Shown here: piece after piece, positions 13,400-24,900 of the stretch | Numbering within the stretch: position 1 is the first letter of the stretch | How the letters are laid out: the number at the start of each line of letters is the position of its first letter | From: Somniosus microcephalus | Taxonomy: Eukaryota | NCBI GenBank assembly: GCA_052327205.1 | Contig: CM126203.1 | Location: 100,750,001 to 100,814,000 of the forward strand | DNA: 64,000 nucleotides | Reading direction: 5' to 3' | Translations under genes and position numbers: made by a program | Notes under the pieces: generated by a model | The model's database searches: none | Told to the model about the DNA's origin: nothing | The model's input: the letters and a program-made list of their open reading frames with translations, nothing else

Positions 13400-13970
13400 C
13401 ACAAAGGCAAAAGTAATGTTTTAATCCAGATACAAATTATTCCTCACACATTACTGCTATAGTCATTTCTATTATATGCAAATCTATTTAAGATGGCTTT
13501 GTTTATTCCAACCCATCATACAGAACAAGATTCCACTGTATGGCATATGTATTTTTTTTTAAGTTCCCAGCCTTAAAGACAAAATGCAAAAGGCAAAAGT
13601 TCAATATCTTCTTACAGTATGATTTACGACTCAGATACCATACAGTAAATTAATGCACAGTAGTAAAAGGACATTTAAGACAGACATGCCAGATAGTTAA
13701 ATTTACCCAGAAAAATATTTTCTCTTGCAAAAGTAAACAGGATTACAACTGTCAGACAGAGGCACCTACCAAAACCATTAACCAGCCCCAGCAGAGAACG
13801 GAATACTGTATGCATCACTGAATAATTGTTTTTCAAGCCTATACTTTCCCTTCAGCAATTTGAGCTTCATCACTAGCGCAGGAATTTATTAATGTGACAG
13901 GTCAAGACATTAGTATCTCCCCATACTATTTTTCTGTAAATGGCAATGCAGTGCAAGTTTGCAGAGCACA
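13400..13970. promoter_or_regulatory. candidate enhancer (Pbx-Hox, Meis and POU motif cluster)
   Basis: ATGCAAAT at 13476-13483, TGATTTACGA at 13620-13629, CTGTCA at 13749-13754 and TGACAG at 13895-13900. Motif evidence only. Confidence 0.4.
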
Positions 13971-13984
13971 TGGTCCACGGACAA

Positions 13985-14884
13985 AGAATCATAGAATGGT
14001 TACAGCACAGTAGGAGGCCATTCAGCCCATCGAGCCCATGCCGGCTCTCTGCAAGAGGACTTCAGCTCGTCCCACTCCCCCGCCCTTTCCCCGTAGCACT
14101 GAATTTTTGTTTCCTTCAGGTACTTATCCAATTCCCTTTTGAAAGCCATGATTGAATCTGCCTCTACCACCCTTTCAGGCAGTGTGTTCCAGATCATAAC
14201 CACTCGCTGCGTAAAAAAGCTTTTCGTCATGTCGCCATTCTTGTAAATCTTTTCTGCGCCCTCTCTAAGGCCTTCACATCCTTCCTGAAGTGCAGTGCCC
14301 AGAATTGGACACAATCCTCCAGTTGAGGCCGAACCAGTTTTTTATAAAGATTCATCATAACTTCCTTGCGTTTGTACTCTATGCCTCTATTTATAAAACC
14401 CAGGATCCCATATGCGTTTTGTAACTGCTTTCTCAACCTGCCCTGCCACCTTCAACGAGTTGTGCATATATACACCCCTTGTCTCTCTGTTCCTCCACCC
14501 CTTTTAGAATTGTACTCTTTAGTTTATATTGCCTCGTCACATTCTTCCAACCAAAATGTATCACTTCGCACTTTTCTGCGTTAAATTTTATCTGTCACGT
14601 CTGGCCATTCCACCAGCCTGTCAATGTCCTCTTGAGATCTATCACTATCCTCCACACTGTTCACTATACTTCAAAGTTTTGTGTCATCTGCAAATTTTGA
14701 AATTGTGCACTGTACACCCAAGTCATTAATATACATTAAGAAAAGCAGTGGTTCTAGTACCGACCCCGGGAAACACCACTGTATACCTTCCTCCAGTCCG
14801 AAAAACAACCATTCACCACTACTCTCTGTTTCCTGTCACTTAGCCAATTTCATATCCATGCTGCCACTGTCCCTTTTATTCATT
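13985..14884 (-). mobile_element. CR1 LINE 3' fragment with internal deletion
   Basis: AYGILGFINRGIEYK, LVRPQLEDCVQFW and FFTQRVVMIWNTLP motifs; the tail reads as gaatcatagaat on the plus strand. Confidence 0.9.
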
Positions 14885-17329
14885 AGCAGGTCAGACTCCA
14901 GCAACATGTAAAAGTAAAACTGAAAACACAGGTAATTATATAACCAGTGTATAGATAATATTCAGCTGCTGCGCCATACCTTAAAATCATGCACATGTTA
15001 AAGCCAAGTAAGTTATTATCTCATCTTTAAAAATTACTAAACATAAAAAAAATTCAAGAATGAATTTCTTTGCCACGTCATCCAATTGCATGTCATGTGA
15101 TGATATCACAATTGACAACAGATAGCACTTTAAGAAAAAGCTTTTACAGTGATGTCACTGGAACCACACTGCAAAGTGAACAGTGAATACAATTTATACA
15201 TTTAAAATTGATATTCCATCTATCTTTTCTCATTTAAATGACCAAGATATGATATAAACAAAGTATACAATGTAAAGCTGAGCGATTGTATGTGACACCT
15301 TTTGGATCAGTCCCTGCCTGGAATACAAGTGATATCATATAGCTCCTCGTCACATATCCTCTATACACTGAGAAAACAGTTTATTGACTTTATTTGTAAC
15401 ACTCTCAAATGGAATTTAAAAGTTTAGTTGTGCACCATTGTAAATTCAAATTTATGAATCCAGATTTTGGTCATTTATTATGGTTATAAATTGCAACCTT
15501 TCAACTATTCTATGATTTGGCAACAAAACTTTTTTGTATTTTTCAAGATAGTCATGTTTTATTACAATTAACAATTTGAAAAGTACTACTGCTTAAATTT
15601 AGAACTAGGTACCATTTCTCCAACTAAAAACACTGCTTTTTGGTGCACAGATTATTTTATAGTAGTTGACTGGTTAGAAGTGAAGTTTTATTTGAAATGA
15701 GTAGGAACTTTATCAACCCCAAAATTGCTAGGCTTGACAGAACCTCAACATTTAATGTATGTATCTAAAAGCCTTCACATTTTCTTTAAATTTAGTTGAA
15801 TTGTTGGCAAACTAAATCAATCATATTTTTCTCTCACAAATTTCAAATATCAAAGCTTCAGCAACAAGCTCAAAAATATTTAAATCATTAAAATGACTTC
15901 ACTAGTCTTAACTTTATTGTTTGTTGTATCATAATGTTCTGAATTTGTCTGGTTTGCCCAGTTACAAAAATGAAATGTGCACTATTCATCCCAGTACGAA
16001 AGCTGTCACCATCATGTGAAACAATCATCAGTTTACATCAATGTGCTTGTCTGTTGGCACTGTACAGCTCAAAGTGTTTCATACTAATGGTATTCTTTGT
16101 GCCAGCTGATCATCATATTGGAGAAAAAATGGACTGGAATGGTTGATCTGAGTATACATTTAAGCTGTGTTATAATTGCCCAGAGATTATTACATTACAT
16201 TGAAGAATTTCCAATCTTCAATCAGATGCTGCTCTGGTCAGGACACTTAGAACAGAGTCTGTATCTGTTTTTTGAACACAGAATACACATTTCAGATACA
16301 GAAAAATATATAAATATAAGTAAAATGTGAATAAAATCAATATTCAGTATGTATTATAGAGTCCTCTCAATTGTTTTAACTGGCTTAAATCTCACTGCTG
16401 CTAATATAGATAGGTACATGAATCATGAAGTAGCACAATGTACCACACACTTGTGTCAACACTAATGAAGGTCAAAATGATGAACGACCATAATATAATG
16501 CACCCATATTAGCAAACCACACATTGCTAAAAATTAAAGCTGTAGGAATGCTACAGTACTTATAAACAATTAGATCAGGATTGCAATTTGTTTTTCCAAA
16601 GATACTTTTTCAAAAAATGTAGTAGCAGTCATACAGAGCACCACAGCTTTGATGAAACTAAAACATGTAAAATCCCCAAACTATAAAAGTGTTAAAGAAA
16701 AAAATTCTCTTGAATCACAACAGAAAAGTTGCAAGATGCTTATTTTAAAAAACTAAATTCTGACACGTCACAAAAAAGCTAACAATTCATTAAATTTTGC
16801 AGATTAGCTTCATCCAAAGAAAATGGGAAAAACAATGTTATACGCAATTAACAAAATAATCACACAGTGCATGCTTCTGATGTAATACTACTCTGTACTC
16901 ACATTTGCCTTGGTTATTCAAACATACATAAAAAGTAGACAAGTATACATTAAACGGTTAAACTGGTAAAACAACTAGAAGTTTTAGCCATCAAAAACTA
17001 GCACCCCAGTATTGATGAAGAAAGGTTAGATTTTAGCAGCCATTTAGTTACCTCATTTTCCTTTCCCAGGTCCTTCATATTTAATGAAACAGCTACAAAA
17101 CAAAAGGAGTTTTAATGTGGTAATATAACCCAAATCAGTATATCCTTTTAAGAATCATATTAGCACATTAAACTGCTTTGTATACAACATGATCTTTCAT
17201 CTGCTAGAAGGCCAAAGTAATTTCAATAAAAGACAATTGTAATCTTTCTGAACTGCAACCAAGATAGGGCAAAAATATTATGCTGTCTTTAAAATAATTG
17301 CTAACAAAACACTGATAAATGGCAGTAAA

Positions 17330-18320
17330 TTTCCCTTAATTATTGGTCAAAAAATAGTCCAGTGCTATTTGGCACCTTAGATTATTGAGTAGGACCATGC
17401 CAATAAAAGGTACCAACACTTACCACTATTATGTTAAAATATTGCAGCAATGTCATCACCTGTCCAGTCTGAATAAAGTGTGTGTGGGGACCGGCTGTCT
17501 TATTTACATTTTAGCTCAATCTCACCCCCCTCTGGATTTGTGTGCTTTTCCTAAGACCTCGCAGATAAAGGTGCTGCTCCTCCCTGCTATAATACACACC
17601 ATAAACACAGGGTAAGCTAAACAAACATGTTGTGGAGCAACCAAAGAGAAAGTCCAGCCTCTCATAATGTATTTATTGTCAGGGAGCAGACCTCCTCCTC
17701 CCCAGGCTCATTAGTTGAAGTATGATGAGAGGTGGTAAAGAGTGAATGCAGTTCAATTCATTGAGGGCTTTCAAGTGGCTCTCAAGATGGAGCGCTCTTT
17801 CTGTTTCTGTCTCCCTCACTCATTCTCTCTGTACAGAATCCTGTTCTAGCGGCCTGCCAATTTCTATTTAATGCACCCTCAAGGAAGTGCTGATGGACTC
17901 AAAAAAACCAACATCGTGCTAAAGGGTGGCAAGGCTCTTCAATTACAGCTTCTGATACGGTCGCCTTTAATTATTCATGCTAAGAAGACTGCTTTCACAG
18001 GATTTGTGCCGATAACGTTTTCATAGCAATATGGTAACAGTTCCAGAGCCAGCACACCTTTAAATCATATGGAGTTCACATTGTCAATGCATTTAAGTAA
18101 ATAATTTAATATTCCTTTCTATTTAGCTTTACAAACCCATATAATACCACGAATTCGGGGCTGTTATATGCAGTGCATTGAGTGGAGCCATTATGTGCCG
18201 TGAAAATCCGTAATGAAAAGTGCGATTAAGGAAGGATACTTTGGTTGAAGGACTCTTGAATTAATTGACGCCTCCCTGAAAACGGCGGGACTGATCGTTT
18301 GGATGTTGGTTACATTACCA
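17330..18320. promoter_or_regulatory. candidate upstream conserved regulatory block of MAB21L2
   Basis: Unique, repeat-free sequence 1.5-2.5 kb upstream of the promoter, rich in TAAT/ATTA, TGTCA and ATTGT motifs. This is an inference only. Confidence 0.35.
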
Positions 18321-19429
18321 ACGCCATCAGTAGCTCCTAAACATAGCTAGGGATATTGAATTATAAGGATTGCAACAAATCAGCCGTTTCAAATAATTCT
18401 TAGTAAATGGCCTTTCGTACCTTAAATTAAGTATGTGTTTTTTTTTAAGGTTATACTTTTTTTTGTTTGTTTAGTACAACTTTATCAAAGTCCGCCTTTA
18501 AAATCAGAGAACCCTCTGGAATTGCCCCACAGCAGTCAGTCTGTGCCTTTTCAGCGTGGGCTCAAGGCTCCGCCGGCTGTCGTCAGCTGGAAACATTCAG
18601 CCTCGCATCCTGCAGCAACAACGTGGCTTGAAGAGGTTTGTTTTAGCAAAATATTAAATGAAACAAGTTGGTGAAAAGGAGACGAGACAAATCTATGGCT
18701 GAGTCCGTATGTTTGGCGCAACTACAAGGCGGCTGGAAAGTAAAGCCCGCCGGCCTGTCCATGGCCACGGACAAGCCCACAGAAAGAGCGGTGTCGCGGC
18801 CAGGGTCTGAACACACCAGCCCGCCCGAGAAGGAAACGGGAAAGAGCTCCGTTCGAAGATTAGTAATGTTTGACCTAGATTGAAACTACCGCCGCTCGTC
18901 ACCCAGTTACAGCAGCATAAAATCTTTCAATGTACAATGTTCGAACCTCCAAAAGTTCTGTCTTAAACTTTATTTTGAAGTACCATTTTTATATACCCAC
19001 CAATTCATTATCAGGGCTCGGTGTCAAACACGAATCTCAATTTTAATGTCATATGTGCAGGCATGTACTTCCAAAAATGATTTCATTCCAATTTTTCGGA
19101 ATGCACTGGATATTCACGGAAACAAATGTAAACTGCAAACCCGTCCAAAGTAGATAGATGTATCCATTTGATTTTTGAAGTCTATGTACAGAGATATGAA
19201 AATGCATTTCCAAAAGTAGACAATCCCAGTTTGAAAATTCAGTTCGTTTCGTTTCGTTTCTATTTGTGGCCGCACTCACAAAATGTATGTTTTTAAAAAT
19301 CAACATTTAGCATAGCTATTAAGATCGCTCTCAATAGATCGCAAATTCTTCAATTTATTTTGCTATACGTGCAAAATAATAAACATTGGTATAAAAGATT
19401 GGATATAAAGGAGTAAATTAAACCCGCTC

Positions 19430-19700
19430 CAGCCTGCCCGCCCGAGCTCCCTGCTCAGTCCCAGCCCGCCCGAGCTCCCTGCTCAGCCCCAGCCCGCCCG
19501 AGCTCCCTGCTCAGCCCCAGCCCGCCCGAGCTCCCTGCTCAGCCCCAGCCCGCCCGCCCGAGCTCCCTGCTCAGCCCCAGCCCGCCCGCCCGAGCTCCCT
19601 GCTCAGCCCCAGCCCGCCCGCCCGAGCTCCCTGCTCAGTCCCCGCCCGCCCGAGCTCCCTGCTCAGCCCCAGCCCGCCCGCGCCCCCTGCCCTGCCCAGC
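19430..19700. repeat. GC-rich minisatellite, 8 copies of a 28/32-bp unit
   Basis: Core GAGCTCCCTGCTCAG starts at 19444, 19472, 19500, 19528, 19560, 19592, 19624 and 19652 (spacings 28,28,28,32,32,32,28). Units differ by one CCCG. Confidence 0.97.
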
Positions 19701-19749
19701 CTCAGTGTGCAAGATGTGGCAGACACGGCAAGAGTTGCTTTTTTTTTAA

Positions 19750-19930
19750 CCCGCTGTATCCAATCTCCGTCCCCACCGCGCCCATTGGTCAGAGTCTTGA
19801 CAGCTCGCCGCGAATTGGTCGACTTCAGCAGCACGTGCGCGTCGGGTTCGGCCTCCCGGCGTTCAGAGCGCATGCTCAGCTTGGCAGGGACCATTCATAA
19901 ACTAAACTCTTACACACTTCCTGAGCGTGG
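19750..19930 (+). promoter_or_regulatory. probable MAB21L2 core promoter (CpG-rich)
   Basis: CCAAT at 19760-19764, reverse CCAAT (ATTGG) at 19784-19788 and 19814-19818, E-box CACGTG at 19832-19837, an NRF1-like GCGCATGC near 19868 and TATA-like CATAAA at 19896-19901. It lies about 400 bp upstream of the ATG. Confidence 0.6.
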
Positions 19931-19972
19931 GGAAAAGTGGTCACAGGAATAAAAACAGTCAAAATCAGGGGC

Positions 19973-19992
19973 AGAGAGAGAGAGAGAGAGAG
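19973..19992 (+). repeat. (AG)n microsatellite in the putative 5' UTR
   Basis: About 10 AG units, read directly. Confidence 0.9.
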
Positions 19993-19994
19993 CA

Positions 19995-20096
19995 ATGAAA
20001 GATAACAGCCAAACTTCGTCACTTACATTTAATGCTTCAAAACAGCGACAATCGCCACTGCTTAAAACAATTCATTTTGAAGAAACAAGTTGTTGA
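19995..20096 (+). other. putative upstream ORF, 33 aa (MKDNSQTSSLTFNASKQRQSPLLKTIHFEETSC)
   Basis: ATG at 19995 (gcaATGa) to TGA at 20094-20096. It is a uORF only if transcription starts near 19920-19930. Confidence 0.35.
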
Positions 20097-20286
20097 TTTT
20101 GGAGGACTTAGTTGACATTTGTATTTTGACTTCCTCACTTCTCTCTCCCCTCTATCACATTAAATTCAATGCACTTGTTTCAGGTTTGTACCAGTTAAAA
20201 AGTGGGTGCCCACGGAACACCAGTAAGCATTGGATCCCTCAACCTATTGCGAGACTCCGGTGTACAGCCCGGACCTGAGTCCCAAC

Positions 20287-21366
20287 ATGATCGCGGCTCA
20301 AGCCAAGCTGGTCTACCAGCTGAACAAGTACTACAACGAGCGATGCCAGGCTAGGAAAGCCGCGATCGCTAAGACCATTCGAGAGGTGTGCAAGGTGGTC
20401 TCCGATGTCCTTAAAGAAGTGGAAGTCCAAGAGCCTCGCTTCATCAGCTCTCTTAGCGAGATCGAAACGCGCTTCGAAGGGTTGGAGGTGATCGCTCCAA
20501 CAGAATTTGAGGTGGTCCTCTACCTGAACCAAATGGGGGTCTTCAACTTCGTGGACGATGGCTCGCTGCCTGGCTGCGCTGTGCTAAAACTAAGCGACGG
20601 GCGCAAGAGGAGCATGTCCCTTTGGGTCGAGTTCATTACAGCTTCGGGCTACCTGTCAGCCCGGAAGATCCGTTCCAGATTTCAGACCCTGGTGGCACAG
20701 GCAGTGGACAAATGCAGTTATCGAGATGTGGTGAAGATGGTGGCGGACACGAGCGAGGTAAAGCTAAGGATCAGGGAGCGTTACGTGGTGCAGATCACGC
20801 CAGCTTTCAAATGTACAGGCATCTGGCCCAGGAGTGCGGCTCAGTGGCCCATGCCACACATCCCCTGGCCCGGGCCGAACCGGGTGGCCGAAGTCAAGGC
20901 TGAAGGCTTCAACCTCCTGTCTAAAGAGTGCTATTCCCTGACAGGCAAGCAGAGCTCGGCCGAGAGCGACGCTTGGGTTTTACAGTTCGGCGAAGCGGAG
21001 AACCGGCTACTTATGGGGGGCTGCAGGAAAAAGTGCCTATCCGTTTTAAAGACTTTGCGCGATCGACACCTCGAATTGCCAGGGCAGCCCCTCAATAACT
21101 ACCATATGAAGACACTACTACTCTACGAATGCGAGAAACACCCCAGAGAAACCGACTGGGACGAGTCATGCCTCGGCGACCGCCTCAACGGCATTCTGCT
21201 CCAGCTCATCTCCTGTCTCCAGTGCCGGAGGTGTCCTCATTACTTTCTTCCAAACCTAGATCTTTTTCAAGGAAAGCCTCATTCCGCTCTGGAAAGCGCG
21301 GCTAAACAGACATGGCGATTGGCGAGAGAAATTCTTACCAATGCAAAAAGCCTCGATAAGCTATAG
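20287..21366 (+). CDS. MAB21L2: Protein mab-21-like 2 (cGAS/Mab-21 nucleotidyltransferase-fold developmental regulator), single coding exon, 359 aa
   Basis: The ORF runs MIAAQAKLVYQLNKYY...KSLDKL, 1080 nt from ATG 20287 (aacATGa). Residues match L2 rather than L1: YQLNK, SLSEI, RERY, AQWPMP, CYSLTG, QFGEAENRLL, LLLYE, RETDW, LESAA, SLDKL. It is nested antisense in LRBA. The ORF-track start at 20230 is a TTG. Confidence 0.97.
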   Translation: MIAAQAKLVYQLNKYYNERCQARKAAIAKTIREVCKVVSDVLKEVEVQEPRFISSLSEIETRFEGLEVIAPTEFEVVLYLNQMGVFNFVDDGSLPGCAVLKLSDGRKRSMSLWVEFITASGYLSARKIRSRFQTLVAQAVDKCSYRDVVKMVADTSEVKLRIRERYVVQITPAFKCTGIWPRSAAQWPMPHIPWPGPNRVAEVKAEGFNLLSKECYSLTGKQSSAESDAWVLQFGEAENRLLMGGCRKKCLSVLKTLRDRHLELPGQPLNNYHMKTLLLYECEKHPRETDWDESCLGDRLNGILLQLISCLQCRRCPHYFLPNLDLFQGKPHSALESAAKQTWRLAREILTNAKSLDKL

Positions 21367-21953
21367 TAGAACTTACACTCCCAGCAAACCTACTCAACAA
21401 TTATTGCAAGGCACAAAATTTGAACTCACTAAATGATTAAAACAAAAAGACTTTAAAAGAAGCAAACGGACTTGACGTGAAACAGATCCAAGGTACATTT
21501 TAAACTAAATGTGACAGTTTTGTTTAGATGTTGTCAGCCTGTGAGGAACCTTTATTTAAGTATGCACAGTCTTTTAAAGGCCAAGAAAATTTCTGTTGTA
21601 AAATGTATTTTGCGTGCCAACTTCAGACTCTGTGCCCCTAAAAGAAACGTGTAATAATGGTAATAAAATTATTTACCTTACCTGCACTTTTTGTCAGTTA
21701 ATTTACATCGGAATAGATTCGTTTGGTTATGTTATTGATATATTTATTGTGCTTTTGAAATTGTTATTTCAGAGTTACATTTTCCCCACAATATTAAAGA
21801 GTTTGCAAGTAAAATTTTATATACACGTAGGAGAAAAATTACAATATAAAATGGCCTCGATCAATCTTTAAAGTTTTTTTTAAACTGCAAGAATTTAGCG
21901 AATGTTAGTGGTTCGATTCCCTTCATCACTTTTTATAATTGCATATTAAATTC

Positions 21954-21959
21954 AATAAA
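21954..21959 (+). terminator. candidate polyadenylation signal for MAB21L2 (AATAAA)
   Basis: AATAAA about 590 nt after the stop, followed by T-rich sequence. An alternative AATAAA lies at 21662-21667. Confidence 0.4.
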
Positions 21960-24900
21960 TGCCATTTATGTTTAACACTATAACTAAAACTAAAAAAAAC
22001 TTTAATTTTCTTCCTTTAATTTTTTTTAGACGTTGCATCGATTTGTTTTAGAATTATTCCAGACCCCTAACGCTACTAATGAGAAAAAAACTTCGCACAG
22101 CATTAAGCCGCCGAGAAATAATTACTCAAGACATTACTGCAGAATTACTTTCAAGAAGCAATAGGTCACGATTGCAAGGATCTTAGAATAAACGCATAAA
22201 TTTTTCTTTGTCTAGCACGTTCTGATGTCTTCAGGAAAAAAAGGGGGGGAACTGAATTAGGACGGGAAGTAGTCGGTCAGGCTACAACTGTACAGTATAC
22301 ACTAAATTCAGGATAAAGGCAGCACCTCTAACGAGAGGAACAACACCCAAAGGCGCATAGAGCCATTAGATGCCACTGAAGAGGCTGCATCGTCATAGTT
22401 TTGAAGTGCCAGAAAAACTTCCAATCTAGGCAAAAATAAAAGCCTCTCTAACAATGGCGCCAGAGAACAACTATAATCTACAAGGCCGAATCTTTAGAGT
22501 TAGGCCGCACTCTTACAAAATGTCTTGTCTTGCAGTCCATTACTTGGAATATACATTGTGACTTAGTTTTCATTTGGCATTACTTTAATACAAAGAATAA
22601 GATCCGGGAATGTTGCAGCGTGGTGAGTTATTTGATATTGCCAGAAACTTCAAGGGCGGTGAAATCATTTCAATGTTACAGCTCCACTGTATCGTCCACA
22701 GGTGTATTTATTTTTTTAAAGTTAACATTGAACTGAACTTTTGCCTCAAAAAAACAGCTGCTGAATAATGGAAACGGTGGTACAGTATATTACTCGGTTG
22801 AAATTACAAACCATAAATGTCAGTCCGATTATAGTAACTAAAGATGCAATTGCAGAGGTCAATGTATTAAACAGTGATTTGGGAATTTGTGGAGCGTTTC
22901 CATTTAAAAAACGAACTGGCAGTGTCTTTTAATACTTGAAAGTCCTGGTGATCGCCATCTATGTTTATAGTGAGGGCTTAGGTTGCCGTTTTAATATTGC
23001 GGTACCACCTTAAATTTGTGTAATTTTCTTGTTCAGTAACATCCTGCAAACCGGATTTCACAATACTGACATTTTTATATCTAAATAATGTAAATTCCCC
23101 AAATAAAAATATTTTAAAAATAATATTAAGACCGGGGACGTACGATAAATTCTTCAAATTTTACTGACTTATAGCAAAATCTTCACTTGCATCGAAAGAT
23201 CAAGTAATGGGTAAACTGTCCAAATCAGAAAAGTCCTTCTTTCGTCTAATTTACTTTTACGTGTCGTTACACTGACGTTGTCATTTTTAGCCTTTCAAAT
23301 AACCGAACAACAATTGTTTATTTACGTAGAGCAATTCCGGCATTCAACAGGCTTCAGAGCTCGTCTCATTTCAGTTCTCCAGCTACTGTCGGTAATTAAA
23401 ACACCAAACTGGTGTAAGTGTGAAGCCTGAGGTTATCAGCAAATCTTATCAGAGACTCAGATCTGGTAAGAGCTTGTCAGTCTGTTTTGGTTTCTGGTGT
23501 TAAGGACAAACAACAGCAATTTTAAAAAATGCCCAAAATGTCACGATTGGGAAGAGAGGGAAAGGAAAACCATGCTTTAAGATTAAGCTTCAAGTCGACA
23601 GAATTGAATATCATAATTTAATTCTTGCATTGGTGATCCGTGCATTTATTCTGTATGTTTACTACAGACATATTATGAAATTAAGCCATGTTGATGACTG
23701 ATAAAGCAGAACTATTTTATTAAGTATTCTTACGGAGTAGGAAGGGCGCTGTGGTCTTAATTTTAGAAATTGGTTATATGCATGACTGAAGCCTGGCCTG
23801 CGTTGTTATGTAAATTTCAACTGAAATCCAATTTAGGTATAGGCCCAGATGAGATAAAAATTTTTATCGTCCATTACAACCAATCTCTGGCGCTGAGGTG
23901 TTAGCTTTTTCCTTCGACGATGTGAACATTCAATTCCAGAAACAAGTTATCCTAATGTGTTAAAAAATATATATGTACAACAATACTTTGAATATATTTT
24001 CCCCCCAAGATGATCGGAAGCGCCAGATCGCTTTCTGGCTCTTTGGATTTTTCTGTTTGATCTTACCACCGTTTTACATTGAAAGTTGTACAAGTCTAGA
24101 TTTCCCCTCAAATCCCGAAACCAGGCAAATGTTAAGCATCAATAATAATAGATATGAATTAGATCCTTAAAACACATTTATATTCCCAATAATTTTTAAA
24201 GATGTAATAAGGAAAACCTGGCAGCAAGTCCTGCTCTGCCACAATAGTTTACACTTTATCTCAACGTGCCCTGTTAAATATACAAATGTGGAAGAACCTG
24301 CAATCTCCAGTCCAAATACACAAACACAGCGGCTTGCTTTAACTTAAATTGAGATGCGTCCATGTTTCAGACTGGTACTGCACGCAATCCAAATCATTAA
24401 TGATATTTAAAAGCAAACATTACTATTTTAATTCATTTTAAACAGGTTTAGAATTATTTTGTGCATTAACAACACGCTTTCCCGACTTTGTTTTTTGACA
24501 GAGCCCCCGGCGTAGAACAGTACCAGCCATCCTGTGACCTTGCACAATAAATTTAAGCGTTGTGACATAAATGTATTATTTTCCAAACTGAAAGACACAA
24601 AATACCTTTCAAATCCAAATACATCATGAAAAAGTCAGACCATTTACCCATCCCCCGCCCCGCAACCCTCAAAATTAAGAACACGTAAAAGTACCATGAG
24701 ATTGAGCACCATCAGCAATACCAGAAAAATTCAATCACAAAATCTAAGATGTTTCCATAGCTATTTTTTTAAAGCGAAATGCTGGCCTAAACGCCACAGC
24801 TATCCAAAACGGCCAGAGTACAAAACCTTGGTGGATACCGCGGAAGTGTCAGCTAGATGGCCCCGCAATGGCACTATGGTGAAGAACATTCCAACCTGTT

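Noticed and set aside
1-19400. Next downstream LRBA exon (LHGKW...RRYLLQ PH segment)
   Set aside because: No matching reading frame was seen; the intron appears to extend past the window start.
19430-19700. Regularly spaced 28-32 bp repeats as a CRISPR-like array
   Set aside because: The units are head-to-tail with no unique spacers, the context is eukaryotic, and there are no cas genes. It is a minisatellite.
19571-19952. Overlapping ORFs of 107 aa (-) and 81 aa (+) at the promoter
   Set aside because: They are by-products of the GC-rich repeat and promoter sequence, with no recognisable protein.
20287-21366. MAB21 ORF as a cGAS/CBASS-like immune enzyme
   Set aside because: The sequence is nearly identical to developmental MAB21L2, has Q169 at the expected third acidic position, and has no neighbouring effector genes.
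20230-21366. 378-aa ORF-track protein as the annotated CDS
   Set aside because: It starts at TTG; the canonical start is ATG 20287. The extension is kept only as a hypothesis.
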